DNA of 64,000 nt from an uncultured Verrucomicrobiae bacterium (GCA_963834385.1 CAWIBO010000003.1:32001-96000); one strand, 5' to 3'. Positions 10,632-20,727 are shown, counted from the first letter of the stretch. Translations and numbers: made by a program. Notes: a model not told the origin generated them from the sequence alone.

Positions 10632-11724
10632 AGTCCTGACCGGGCTGCTGGTCCTCGGCACGCTGGCTGTCCTGACCGGCATTCTGATCTTGCTGGGCGC
10701 GCCGGGGCTCTTCAAGTCGCTCGTAACCTACAAGATCTATTTCGACAACGCTTCCGGCATCAAGCAGGGCGCGCCCGTCCTCCTCGCCGGCCGCAAGATC
10801 GGCCAGGTGGTCAAGCTTTCCTCCCCGGTCACGGACGAGGAAGCCGCCCGCGCCCTGCAGGCCGCCAACGCGCCCCGGACCGACAAGGGCAAAGCCGAGA
10901 AGGAGCGGGTGGAGAAGGGTGAAACCCAGAAGGCGGCGAATGACGTCCTCGAGAAAAAGGAGATCGAGGTCCGGATCGACGTGCAGGTGGACGAGGATTC
11001 ACAGGTCTTCCGCGACGCCATCCCGCGCCTGGTCACCCTGGGGCTGCTGGGCGAAACCGCGATCGACTTCAGTGCCGGCAACCAGAGCGCGGGCCTCGCC
11101 ACCGACGGCGAAATCTTCCTCGGCGAACGCGTGCCCGATTTCGGCGAGGCGATCGCCGGCATGCTCGATATCATCAAGCCGGTGGCGACCGAGGCCACCG
11201 CGACCCTGAAGGAATTGCAGGTGACCGCCCAGAATTTCAGCAAGATCACGGACGAGACCTCCCAGTTGAACATGGCCATCGCGCAGTTCCGGACCTTTGC
11301 CGAGAACCTGACCAACCTGACGGCGCGGGACAGTTCGCTCTCGCTCGCCCTCAAGAACGTGGAGGAAATCAGTGCCAGCCTGACGGCCGATGACAATCTC
11401 AAGGTCACCCTGCAGAATTTCCGGGACTCGTCCGAGAAATTGAAGAATGCGATGGACGATCTTGGGCCCGACCTGCGGCAAACCGGCCGGAACGTGGCCG
11501 ACCTGACCGACACGGTGAAGCGGCAGCCCTGGCGGCTCGTCTGGCCCAGCACAAAATCCTATCCTGATGACGGACCGGATGCCGCGACCGAGATTTCCGC
11601 GCCGAGCCGGTTGCGCGCGCGGGGACGGGCCGACGAGACAATTACGGTGCGAAAAACGGCGCGTCGTCCCTCGGCCTCGCCGACGCCTTCCGCGCGCGGC
11701 GGACGTTTCCTGGAAACGCCCTAG
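10612..11724 (+). CDS. mlaD: MlaD/MCE family protein
   Basis: TM anchor, FDNASGIKQGAPVLLAGRKIGQV, LGLLGETAIDF, helical stalk, RQPWRLVW. Confidence 0.88.
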   Translation: MQLRRNEVLTGLLVLGTLAVLTGILILLGAPGLFKSLVTYKIYFDNASGIKQGAPVLLAGRKIGQVVKLSSPVTDEEAARALQAANAPRTDKGKAEKERVEKGETQKAANDVLEKKEIEVRIDVQVDEDSQVFRDAIPRLVTLGLLGETAIDFSAGNQSAGLATDGEIFLGERVPDFGEAIAGMLDIIKPVATEATATLKELQVTAQNFSKITDETSQLNMAIAQFRTFAENLTNLTARDSSLSLALKNVEEISASLTADDNLKVTLQNFRDSSEKLKNAMDDLGPDLRQTGRNVADLTDTVKRQPWRLVWPSTKSYPDDGPDAATEISAPSRLRARGRADETITVRKTARRPSASPTPSARGGRFLETP

Positions 11725-12821
11725 GCGGCTTTCTGCGTCAGGCGTTCCTGGAGAAAGGCCAGGACGGCGGCCTCGGCCGGGCGCAGGACCTCGAGTTTCT
11801 CCTCGAGCGCTTCCTCGGTTTTCTGTTTCAGGCCGGCGATGGCGTTGCCATCGAGATAATTTTCCAGCACGGCCGGGTGGATATAACACTTCCGGCAGAC
11901 CGCCGGGGTGTTCCCCAGCACGGTGGCCACCGCGCCAATGGCCGTCTTGATGTTCTTTTTCGCCTGGCTCTTGTTCTCGAACGGCTCCACCGCATGGAGC
12001 GCCATCGCGGCCAGGACCGTTCCCGCCCAGGTCCGGAAATCCTTGGCGGTGAATTCTTCGCCCGTGATCTCTTGCAAATACTCGTTCACTTCGTCGGAGG
12101 TGACGTCGCGGACCTCGCCGTCGTCATCGACGTAGCCGAAGAGTTCCTGCCCGGGCAAATCCTGGAGCCGGCGCACCACCCGGGCCAGGCGCGGATCTTC
12201 CAGGTCGACCTCGTGCCGGATGCCGCTTTTGCCGCGAAACCGGAAGGTCATGGTGCCGCCCTTTACCTGGACGTGCGTGTTGCGGATGGTGGTAAGCCCG
12301 TAGGATTTGTTGGTGCGCGCGTATTCGTCGTTGCCGATCCGGATGAGGGTGCGCTCCAGCAGCCAGACCACGGTGGCGAGCACTTTTTCGCGCGGCAAGC
12401 CGCGCTTTTTCAGATCGCGCGCAACCCGGGCGCGGATTTTCGGCAGCATCGAACCGAAGAGCGCCATACGCTCGTATTTGCTCTCGTCGCGCACTTCGCG
12501 CCAGCGTTCGTGGTAGCGGTATTGTTTGCGGCCGCGGGCATCGCGGCCGGTCGCCTGCAGATGGCCGTTCGTAGCCGGGCAGATCCAGACATCGGTGTAG
12601 GCCGGCGGAATCGCGAGCCGGCGCAGACGGAGAACACGCGTTTCGTCGCTGATTTTCTTGCCCTTGGTGTCGAAAAAATCGAAAGCGTCCCCCCGGCGTT
12701 TCCGGGTGTAACCGGGCTGGTCGTCACTGACGTAACGGAGGCCGGCCTCGGCCGCGGCCTTTTCGGGATCGTTTTCGACGAGAGCGGGCGTTTTCCGGCG
12801 GCGGGAAGATTTGGCGGGCAC
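11721..12821 (-). CDS. DNA topoisomerase IB (bacterial/poxvirus-like)
   Basis: IPPAYTDVWI, ATGRDARGRKQYRYH, IRIGN, FRGKSG, TAKDFRTW, LGNTPAVCRKCYIHP; start uncertain. Confidence 0.93.
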   Translation of the reverse strand: MPAKSSRRRKTPALVENDPEKAAAEAGLRYVSDDQPGYTRKRRGDAFDFFDTKGKKISDETRVLRLRRLAIPPAYTDVWICPATNGHLQATGRDARGRKQYRYHERWREVRDESKYERMALFGSMLPKIRARVARDLKKRGLPREKVLATVVWLLERTLIRIGNDEYARTNKSYGLTTIRNTHVQVKGGTMTFRFRGKSGIRHEVDLEDPRLARVVRRLQDLPGQELFGYVDDDGEVRDVTSDEVNEYLQEITGEEFTAKDFRTWAGTVLAAMALHAVEPFENKSQAKKNIKTAIGAVATVLGNTPAVCRKCYIHPAVLENYLDGNAIAGLKQKTEEALEEKLEVLRPAEAAVLAFLQERLTQKAA

Positions 12822-12861
12822 GTCTCTTATACGCGGCTCGTCCCGCCTTAGGCTGCCGCGG

Positions 12862-13302
12862 TCAGGCGCCGTAGCTCTTGGTGAACTTTTTGCGGGACTC
12901 GCCTTCGCCGGGGGCGGAGGGATTCCCGGTCGTGGGCTCGGCGGCGCCGGAGGCAGGGGCGGGAGCATCGTCGGGTGCCGGCGGGGCGGACGGGGAAGCC
13001 GGCACGGCGCCTCCTCCTTTTTGGGCCTGCGCCACTTCGACGAAGACCATCTGGAGATTGGAGAGGGCGTTGCGGAGGACGGTGGCTTCCTCCTGCGAAA
13101 GATTGCCGCGCGTCTTTTCCTGGATCATGCCGAGCTGATCCACAAACATCCGGGCCAGCTCGAGGTTGACCTCAGGCTGCCCGGTCTGTGGGTTCGGGAT
13201 CTGGCCAAGGAACAGGGCGGCGTTCTGCGCCTGCATCATGACGAACTCGATGAATCGCTGGGAAAGCTCGCCCGACTGGTTGGTGGTTTGGACTTCAGCC
13301 AT
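12862..13302 (-). CDS. DUF1844 family protein
   Basis: LGQIPNPQTGQPEVNLELARMFVDQLGMIQEKTRGNLSQEE. Confidence 0.85.
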   Translation of the reverse strand: MAEVQTTNQSGELSQRFIEFVMMQAQNAALFLGQIPNPQTGQPEVNLELARMFVDQLGMIQEKTRGNLSQEEATVLRNALSNLQMVFVEVAQAQKGGGAVPASPSAPPAPDDAPAPASGAAEPTTGNPSAPGEGESRKKFTKSYGA

Positions 13303-13306
13303 ATTT

Positions 13307-15901
13307 TTATTCCTCCGAAGCGGCCGCGCCGGCCGCAGGTGGTCGCACGACGGCTATCACATGGGGTTGCTGCCGGAAGTAGCGGGCCGCCACCTCCCTG
13401 ACCTGGGCCAGGGTCACGGCCTCGATTTCACGTTCCAGCTTCTGATGATGATCAAAGCCCAGGCCATAGAGCTCGTCCAGGGCGGATATGTAGCCAAAGG
13501 TTTCGTTGCTCTGGTTGCTGATCTGCTGCTGGCCGATGAATTTTTTCTTGGCCCGCGCCAGTTCCTCCGCGGTCAGGCCATCCTCCGCCAGCTTCCGGAT
13601 TTCATCGAGCAGTGCGGCTCGCACCGGCTCGATCTTTTGCGGATCGGTCCCGAGGTAAAAGGCAAAGAGACCCGGGGCCAGACCCTGGAGCTGGGTTGAC
13701 CCGACAAAGTAAGCCAGGCCCATCTCCTCGCGGATGCGGACAAAGAAACGCGAACCGAGATCGCTGCAGGCTTCGTTGATCAGCTCCAAGGCCGGCCGGT
13801 CGGGGCTGAAGAGATCGGCGCCGCGATAGCCTGCCATCAGGACCGCCTGGGCTTTCTCCTTCAGGCACTCGACCATGGCCGTCTCGAGAGGGGGCGGTGG
13901 GGGTGGCAGCTTTTGCAGGGCCAGATCGCCGGGAGGCAGAGCCGCCAACGCTTTTTCGCACAGGGCGCGCACCTCGGCGGCGCGGACGTTGCCGAAAATG
14001 GCGATGACGCCGTTGCGGGCCACCAGATGGCGATCGCGGAAGGCCACCAGATCCTCCCGGGTCAGGCGCGCGACGGATTCCGGCGTGCCGTTGCCGCGCA
14101 AGCCGTAGGGATGATCGCGGAAAAGCGCCTCGCGCATGGCGTTGCGCGCGACGGTGGTGAGGTGTTCGTCATCCTCCTTGATCCGGGCGAGCTGGATCTC
14201 CTTCTCGCGGACCACCGCCGCCTCCGGCAGGGTGGCATGGAGGAGAATGTCCGAGAGGAGATCGAGACCAAGGGCCAGGTCGGGCTGGGTCACATCAAGG
14301 TGAAGGGTGAACGAGTTGTTGCCGGACTCGATGGAAAGGGCGCCGCCGACCGATTCCAGTTCGTCGGCGATTTCTTCCGCGGTCCGGTTCGTGGTCCCCT
14401 TGGCCAGCATCTTGGCGGTTAACCGGGTGATGCCGCTGGTTGCGGGCGTCTCGGCAAGCAGGCCGGCGCGGAACACGGCGGAGATGGCCACCAGCGGAAG
14501 CCGGGGATCCTCGCGCACCAGGAGCCGCAAGCCATTCTCGAGGGTGAATTGTTGAATCTCCCCCACGGGCGAGGGGACAGGCCGGGTGCGGGTGTGATCG
14601 AGCGCCCCCTCAGGATCAAGCGAGGCCAGGGTCAGGTTCCGGTCGACCAGATAGGTGCGGGCGACCCGTTGAAGGTCTTCCAGGGTGACGCGCTGGAGAG
14701 CGTCAAGGTAGTCGCGGCTGAAATCGAGGTTGCGGGTGAAGAACCAGTTGGAGCCGAGGTCAGAAGCCTGGCCGCGCATGGTGGTGAGCTGGCCCAGGTG
14801 CTCGGCGACCGACATCTTCCGGGCCTTGACCAGCTCCTGCGTGGTGGCCATTCCGGTTTTCAACTCCTCCACCAGTTGCAGGATCAATTCCTGCACGGCC
14901 TCGCGGTTTTCCGGGTCAAGGGTGGCATCGATCCCGAAGATGCCCGGTTCGCCCGGGGTATAGGAAAAAGCGGAGACGCTGTGGGCCAGCCCGGCTTCCC
15001 GCACCCGCAGGTAGAGACGCGAACTGCGGCCCGCGCCAAGAACGGTGGAAAGAAGATCAAGCGCCGGAACGTCGGGATGGGTGACCCGCGGGATATGCCA
15101 GGCCAGGGCGAGGCGGGTCAGCTCGGTCTTGAAATCCTGGTGAACTTCACGGCGGCCCAACTGGGGCGGTTCCCCGGGGCGATAAACGGGCTGGAGCGAC
15201 CGGGCCGGAAATTTGGCGAAGGCTTCTTCGAGTTGCCGGCGCACCGCGGCGGTCTCGACGTCGCCCACGACGATGAAGGTGATGTTGTTGGGAACGTAGC
15301 GCGCCTTGTAATAGGCCATGACCTCGTCGCGCGTGAGCTGGTTGAAGATGTCGAGATGGCCAATGACCGGGAGCCCGTAGGGATGCCGCTGGTAGGCGGT
15401 GGCAAACATGAGCTGGCCGATCATCCGGTCAGGATCATCGAAGCCCATGGCGAACTCGCGCCGGATCACCTCCTGTTCCTTGATGAACTCGTCCCGGGGA
15501 AGGGTGGAATTCATGGTGGCGTCGGCCAGGAGATCGATCGCGGTCTCCACGCCGGCGCGGGGGACGTCGATCCAGTAGACCGTGCGATCGAACGAGGTGT
15601 AGGCGTTGATGTACCCGCCCACGTCCTGGATGCTTTGGGCGATGGCGTTGGCCGGGCGGGTCTCGGTCCCTTTGAAGAGCATGTGCTCGAGCAGGTGGGA
15701 CAGGCCGGACCCGAGGTGCGCGTCCTCATCGATGCTGCCGGTGGCGACCCAGGCCTGCACACTGGCGACAGGCGCGCTGTGGTCCTCCTGCACGATGACG
15801 TTCAGCCCGTTCGGCAGGGTCGAGCGGACGGCCGTGACCGGCGGAAAAGTGAGGACGGCGGATGGTTCCGGGCTGTTCCCGGAAAGCTCGGCGCTGATCA
15901 T
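13307..15901 (-). CDS. M16 family zinc protease (two-module fusion)
   Basis: Inverted Zn motif HLLEH, NAYTSFDRTVY; second module LENGLRLLV lacks HxxEH. Confidence 0.92.
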   Translation of the reverse strand: MISAELSGNSPEPSAVLTFPPVTAVRSTLPNGLNVIVQEDHSAPVASVQAWVATGSIDEDAHLGSGLSHLLEHMLFKGTETRPANAIAQSIQDVGGYINAYTSFDRTVYWIDVPRAGVETAIDLLADATMNSTLPRDEFIKEQEVIRREFAMGFDDPDRMIGQLMFATAYQRHPYGLPVIGHLDIFNQLTRDEVMAYYKARYVPNNITFIVVGDVETAAVRRQLEEAFAKFPARSLQPVYRPGEPPQLGRREVHQDFKTELTRLALAWHIPRVTHPDVPALDLLSTVLGAGRSSRLYLRVREAGLAHSVSAFSYTPGEPGIFGIDATLDPENREAVQELILQLVEELKTGMATTQELVKARKMSVAEHLGQLTTMRGQASDLGSNWFFTRNLDFSRDYLDALQRVTLEDLQRVARTYLVDRNLTLASLDPEGALDHTRTRPVPSPVGEIQQFTLENGLRLLVREDPRLPLVAISAVFRAGLLAETPATSGITRLTAKMLAKGTTNRTAEEIADELESVGGALSIESGNNSFTLHLDVTQPDLALGLDLLSDILLHATLPEAAVVREKEIQLARIKEDDEHLTTVARNAMREALFRDHPYGLRGNGTPESVARLTREDLVAFRDRHLVARNGVIAIFGNVRAAEVRALCEKALAALPPGDLALQKLPPPPPPLETAMVECLKEKAQAVLMAGYRGADLFSPDRPALELINEACSDLGSRFFVRIREEMGLAYFVGSTQLQGLAPGLFAFYLGTDPQKIEPVRAALLDEIRKLAEDGLTAEELARAKKKFIGQQQISNQSNETFGYISALDELYGLGFDHHQKLEREIEAVTLAQVREVAARYFRQQPHVIAVVRPPAAGAAASEE

Positions 15902-15935
15902 CGCAGGTGGCGTCGGTGGGCGCGCCCGGGCGGCC

Positions 15936-16370
15936 TCATGTGGCCCGGGGCGCGGGCAGGGGCAGCCCCGGTTTCGTTTCGGTGCGGCGGTTCGGCGCGA
16001 ACGGTTTCACGAACGCCTCCTCGAAATCGTAGATGTTCTTGAAGTCCTCGATCGAGTCCTGCTCGGTCTTCCCAAAGATGCCGGCGCCGATGAGATTAAA
16101 GACCATGTGGCCGATGTCCTCCGTGCGGGTGACGCCCCAGGAGGAGAAAACGGTCATGACCATCGGGCCAAATTCCCGCAGGGCATACTGGCGCACGCCA
16201 TCGAGCAGTTCCGGCCCGGAGACATGGCGGACCGTGGCCCCTTTGGTCTTCTTTTGCTGCTTGGTCGTGTAGTCGAGCGCGTCCCGCAAAAAGACGTAGC
16301 TGTCCCGGTGGTAACGCGGATCGGTTGTGACGATCGAGTCGAGAGCTTCCCCAAATCCAATTTTCTGCAT
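15936..16370 (-). CDS. PVC-restricted protein (Minf_1886-like)
   Basis: DPRYHRDSYVFLRDALDYT, HVSGPELLDG, FGPMVMTVFSSWGVTRTEDIGHMVFNL. Confidence 0.8.
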   Translation of the reverse strand: MQKIGFGEALDSIVTTDPRYHRDSYVFLRDALDYTTKQQKKTKGATVRHVSGPELLDGVRQYALREFGPMVMTVFSSWGVTRTEDIGHMVFNLIGAGIFGKTEQDSIEDFKNIYDFEEAFVKPFAPNRRTETKPGLPLPAPRAT

Positions 16371-16487
16371 GCAGGTAAGGCGGGCCGGGTTCAACCAGCG
16401 CGGTGGATATGATACTCAGCAACGTTCATGCGAGCAACCCCGGGCACAGAGGCGTCCCTGGTTGACCATGCTGATACGCTCACCGGC

Positions 16488-16895
16488 ATGACCTGGCTTC
16501 ACTCCCTCACGGGGACTTTCCTCCCGGCCCAGATTCTCCTGGCCGCCCTCCTCGCCATCCTTTTCCTCCAGTCAGGGCTCGACAAGCTCCTGCATTGGAA
16601 GGGAAACCTCGAATGGCTCACCGGCCATTTCTCGAAAACCCCGCTCGCCGGGCAGGTGCCCATCCTGCTCGCGCTTTTGACCGGGCTCGAGGTGGCGGCG
16701 GGCGCGTTCAGCGCCGCGGGCGTTCTTCTGCTCGTCGCCGGGTTCGGCAGTTTCGTCGCCTACCTCGGCGCCCTGCTTTCCGCCCTCGCCCTCCTCGCGC
16801 TCTTCTTTGGCCAGCGGGTGGCGAAGGATTATCCCGGCGCAGCCAGTCTGGTGCCGTATTTCCTGGTCGCGCTCCTCGGCCTTTTCATTCTCTAG
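16488..16895 (+). CDS. DoxX family membrane protein
   Basis: LFLQSGLDKL...WLTGHFSKTPL, LFFGQRVAKDYPGAA; four TM helices. Confidence 0.82.
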   Translation: MTWLHSLTGTFLPAQILLAALLAILFLQSGLDKLLHWKGNLEWLTGHFSKTPLAGQVPILLALLTGLEVAAGAFSAAGVLLLVAGFGSFVAYLGALLSALALLALFFGQRVAKDYPGAASLVPYFLVALLGLFIL

Positions 16896-17989
16896 GCCGG
16901 CTCGTCATTCAGGAAGCGGGCGAGCAACCGGTGAAAATGGTGCGTGCCCACTTCGCGGCGCGGTGAGTAACGGCCCCGGCGGGCCAGGCGCGATTTCACC
17001 CCGCGCTGGACCGATTCCACCACCGCTTCGTCTTCCATCTCCACCCGGTGCAGGTCGGTCCCCACGCCCTCCGCCCGCCGGGTTTCGTCCCAGACGTAAC
17101 TCAGGAAGGAGACACGGGTGCGATCGGGTCCGAGCGGGCAGACCACATTCACCGAGATGCCCCACGGATAAAAATTCAGCATCAGGTTCGGGAAGAGCCA
17201 GTAATAAAAAGCGGCCACGTGCTGTCCCGCCTCCGGGTGCCCCGGCGGCAGATCAAAGGTGCCGCCGGCCGATTTGGTCAGCCCCAGTTGCAGGCTCGCC
17301 AGGGGATAAAGTTCCGTGCGGTATTCCCCGTAGTCGAGCCCGGCCAGGCTGGTGCCGTGCACATGCGGGATGTGAAATTCCTCGAGGTAATTGTCACAGT
17401 AGAGCGCCCAGTTCGCCTTGATCAGGTAATCACGGCTCGAGGCGGGATCGAGCCGGGCCTCTTCCAGCGGCAGGAAGGCGACGCGCGCCGCCAGCGGCCC
17501 GATCCAGTCCGCCAGGCTGAAGGCCGGCGCCAGGCTGCTGAAGAGAAACGGCCCCCAGCGTTCCAGGGGAAGGCGCCGCAGGTCGTCCTCCCCGGATGGA
17601 AAATCCTTCACCTCCTCGAACTCGGGCATGGAGGTGAACCGGCCATCGAGGCAGAAACGGCGGCCGTGGTAGCGGCAGCGCAACGCTTTCAGGTGACCGT
17701 CTCCCTCCACCACCAGCGCGGCGCGATGGGTGCAGACATTGGAGAGGCAATGGACCTGCAGGGAATCGTCCACCGTCAGGACAAGCGGTTCATCCAGGCA
17801 GCCTTCGAGCAGGGTGAAGGGATGAACGTGGCCCGGGGCCTTCGCCTGGTCGGCGGGACCGACAAGGTGCCAGGAGCGGGCGAAGATTTTTTCCAGCGCA
17901 CGGGCGTGCCAGGCGGGATCGGCATAGACTTCAGGCGGGGGCGTGGAAGCCCGCGTGATGTCCCCGGCGATGACAAACTCCTGCGGCAT
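16892..17989 (-). CDS. Rieske oxygenase alpha subunit (choline monooxygenase-like)
   Basis: Rieske ligands NVCTHR...CRYHG; mononuclear Fe motif DNYLEEFHIPHVH; FPN. Confidence 0.9.
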   Translation of the reverse strand: MPQEFVIAGDITRASTPPPEVYADPAWHARALEKIFARSWHLVGPADQAKAPGHVHPFTLLEGCLDEPLVLTVDDSLQVHCLSNVCTHRAALVVEGDGHLKALRCRYHGRRFCLDGRFTSMPEFEEVKDFPSGEDDLRRLPLERWGPFLFSSLAPAFSLADWIGPLAARVAFLPLEEARLDPASSRDYLIKANWALYCDNYLEEFHIPHVHGTSLAGLDYGEYRTELYPLASLQLGLTKSAGGTFDLPPGHPEAGQHVAAFYYWLFPNLMLNFYPWGISVNVVCPLGPDRTRVSFLSYVWDETRRAEGVGTDLHRVEMEDEAVVESVQRGVKSRLARRGRYSPRREVGTHHFHRLLARFLNDEPA

Positions 17990-18000
17990 GGCGTGGTGGC

Positions 18001-19314
18001 TTAGCGCACCTGCGTTTCCATGGCCGAAAGATAATTCGAGATGGCGTCGCGCCGCGGCGCCACCAGTTCGTCGCGCTCGGCCGCGGCCTTCAGGTAACCG
18101 CGAAAATTGCCGCTCGCACTCTCGAGCCGGGTGGCTTCGAACCAGTTCAGGTAATCATCCATCGCTTCGGCCTGCGCGGAGAGCTGCTTCCGCATTTTTT
18201 CCGCCGCGGCGATTCGTTTCGCCATCCCGCCTGTCTTGCCACCGGCCAGGCGATCGACGATCGCCTGGTATTCCGCCACCAGCGGCTGGTAAAGCGGATT
18301 GGCCCGCACGGCCAGGCCCATCAGGGCCTGACGATGTTCCCGCAGAAGCCGGGTGCGACCCGGGCGCGCAACAAAACGCTCGAACTGGTCCAGCGCAAAA
18401 CTCTTTTCCTCACCCGGGAACTGCACCCGCAGCAAGGGCGCAAGACGCGCCTCGGATTGCGCCATGGTCAGCGGCTGGAATTGGCGGGAAGCGGCCATGC
18501 GTTGCACGGCCGCAGGCCACCAGGCGGGTCCTTCCCCGGCGGGGCTCGCAAAAAGACCGGGGAAAGCCGCGCGCAAAGCCTGCTCAGGATCCGCCGAAGC
18601 GCCCGGCAGTGCGGCAATAAACTGCGCCAGCGCCGCCCGGGCCGGTGCGGTTTTCGTCAGTTCCGTCACCAGCACCAGCGCGTAGGCCCGGTAGAGCTGG
18701 GCGGAAGGCCCGTCGAGCAGCTCCGGTTTCTGGCGCAGAAATTCGGCAAGCGGCAGGGTTCGCTCCGCCGTGGCCACAACCGCGAGCGCCGCCGGGAGGG
18801 CGGAGGAATGCCGGGTCTCGGCGGAAGCGAGGACACCGGTGAGCAGCCAGTCGGGCGGCTGGGCGTAACGTGACCCGACGGCGGCCAGGGGGCCACCGCG
18901 ATACATGCGCTCGAGCAACACGGCCCGCAACAGTTCGCGCTCGATGGCCCGGACGTCGATCTCCCTCTCGATGAGCAACTCGAGCTGAAGTTTCAAGCCG
19001 AACCCGGTCTGGCTTACCTGCAGCGAGGCCGGGGCTTGCGGCGCCATGTTTGCCCGGGGATGCCGCAGGCTGATCACGATCGGCGTTTCCCAGTGATCGG
19101 GCGTTTGCAACAGATCAAGCAGTGCCTTCTTTGTCCGCTCGCCCGCTTCCGCCATGGCGCCGCGCAAACGCATCTCCTCCCCGTAAACGATGAACTGGCG
19201 CGACGTGCTCACGCTGCGCGAAGGCGGGACTTCCGCATTCGCACCGCCCCACGGGTGGACGAGGAGACAGCAAAGAAGGAGGCGGAGCGGAAAAGCCACG
19301 GTGGGGGATGGCAT
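18001..19314 (-). CDS. Hypothetical secreted protein, possibly a degenerate peptidase-MA-like fold
   Basis: Signal-like N-terminus; ERELLRAVLLE...PPDWLLTGV. Confidence 0.6.
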   Translation of the reverse strand: MPSPTVAFPLRLLLCCLLVHPWGGANAEVPPSRSVSTSRQFIVYGEEMRLRGAMAEAGERTKKALLDLLQTPDHWETPIVISLRHPRANMAPQAPASLQVSQTGFGLKLQLELLIEREIDVRAIERELLRAVLLERMYRGGPLAAVGSRYAQPPDWLLTGVLASAETRHSSALPAALAVVATAERTLPLAEFLRQKPELLDGPSAQLYRAYALVLVTELTKTAPARAALAQFIAALPGASADPEQALRAAFPGLFASPAGEGPAWWPAAVQRMAASRQFQPLTMAQSEARLAPLLRVQFPGEEKSFALDQFERFVARPGRTRLLREHRQALMGLAVRANPLYQPLVAEYQAIVDRLAGGKTGGMAKRIAAAEKMRKQLSAQAEAMDDYLNWFEATRLESASGNFRGYLKAAAERDELVAPRRDAISNYLSAMETQVR

Positions 19315-19421
19315 AGCGGAAACGGGGCGCGGAAACGAGCGCGAAACTGGCGGAGGTGGCAAATTTTTCACGTAAAAATTCGCAACTTTTCCGTCTGGGC
19401 GGTGTCCAATGTAAGCACCCC

Positions 19422-19919
19422 ATGAAAACAAAATTCACACTTCTCCTGGCAGCGCTGGTGGCCCTGTCGACCATGGTTCCCGTGGCGGCCGAGGCCGGGC
19501 GGCGCGATCGCGGCGGGCATGGTTTCAAGAAAGGCGGTCATCATGGCCGGCATTTCGGGAATCACCGGCACCGCCATCATCGGCATCATCACCGGCATCA
19601 CCATCGCGGCGGAACCCGCTTTTATGTTGGCCTCGGTTTCCCGAGCTACGGCTACGGTTACTATCCTTACAACCATTACCCATACGCCTACTCGACCAGT
19701 TATTACCGGCCGGTTTACCAGGGCGGATATGTGGGACGCGGCGGCGTGGTCGCGCAGGTCCAGATTCGACTGGCGCGCGCCGGTTATTATCACGGCGCCA
19801 TTGATGGCATCATCGGGCCGGCCACGCGACGGGCGATCTATCGCTGGGAACAGCGGCATGGCCTTTACGCCGATGGACGCATCGACGGCCGGTTGCTCGC
19901 CCGGATGGGTCTGAGCTAA
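19422..19919 (+). CDS. Secreted His/Tyr/Gly-rich protein with C-terminal peptidoglycan-binding domain
   Basis: Signal peptide (AEA); VQIRLARAGYYHGAIDGIIGPATRRAIYRWEQRHGLYADGRID. Confidence 0.85.
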   Translation: MKTKFTLLLAALVALSTMVPVAAEAGRRDRGGHGFKKGGHHGRHFGNHRHRHHRHHHRHHHRGGTRFYVGLGFPSYGYGYYPYNHYPYAYSTSYYRPVYQGGYVGRGGVVAQVQIRLARAGYYHGAIDGIIGPATRRAIYRWEQRHGLYADGRIDGRLLARMGLS

Positions 19920-19942
19920 GTCACAACTTTCCCTGTGTGGGT

Positions 19943-19982
19943 GAAACGGGTCGCGGCCCCCGGGCGGCGGCCCGTTTTCTTT
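19943..19982. terminator. Putative terminator between convergent genes
   Basis: AAACGGGTCGC...GCGGCCCGTTTT stem plus T-rich tail. Confidence 0.55.
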
Positions 19983-19983
19983 G

Positions 19984-20727
19984 TCAGGGTCCCGGGGCGG
20001 TCAGCACCACGGCCTTGGACTCAATCCTGACGTCGGCCATCTTGCGCACCGCCGCCTGTTCGCGTTCGAGCGCCTTCTGGACATCGGCGAAGAGGAACCC
20101 GAGGTACGGCATCAGTTTGGCGTGGATGTTGAGGCGCCCAAGGCGTCCTCCCTTTTCGGCAAACGCGAATTTGCCCTCGGAAGAGACCGGGCTGTAGGAA
20201 GCCGAATGCGACAGGGGAAAACCCTGGACGGAGCGCATGACCGTGAAATGGAGCAAGCCATCCTCGAGGCCGACGAAAGCGCGCTCGAATTTCAGGCCGG
20301 GCTTGTCGAGGGCCTTCTGCTTGTTCTTGAGGGCGGAGAGGAGGAAGGCGTTGACCTCGGGCTCGGCGTAGCGGAGCTGGCCGCCGCGGCGGGCGAGGAG
20401 GGCGTTCTCGAGGTCGAGGGTAACCTGCGAGGCGAGCATGAGATCCTGCGACCGCTCGGGAGGGGCGGGCGAGAGGAGCATTTGCACGAGCGCGGCCAGG
20501 GCGACGGCCGCAAGGATGAGTTTGGCCACCTTGAAAAAGAGGTGCTGCATGGGCGACCAACGCGGCCCGAGCATGCGCCGCAGGCGTTTCTGCGTGGCCT
20601 GCGGCTGTTCCGGGCCTTCCTTGCCCAGCTTGATCTTGGAACGGTCCAGGCGGGTGCCGCACTCGTGACAATAAATTCGTTCCACCTCGTTCTCGTGGCG
20701 GCACTCCGGGCAGATGAGTTTGTTCAT
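19984..20727 (-). CDS. Zinc-ribbon membrane-anchored hypothetical protein
   Basis: CPEC...YCHECG, then one TM helix. Confidence 0.75.
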   Translation of the reverse strand: MNKLICPECRHENEVERIYCHECGTRLDRSKIKLGKEGPEQPQATQKRLRRMLGPRWSPMQHLFFKVAKLILAAVALAALVQMLLSPAPPERSQDLMLASQVTLDLENALLARRGGQLRYAEPEVNAFLLSALKNKQKALDKPGLKFERAFVGLEDGLLHFTVMRSVQGFPLSHSASYSPVSSEGKFAFAEKGGRLGRLNIHAKLMPYLGFLFADVQKALEREQAAVRKMADVRIESKAVVLTAPGP

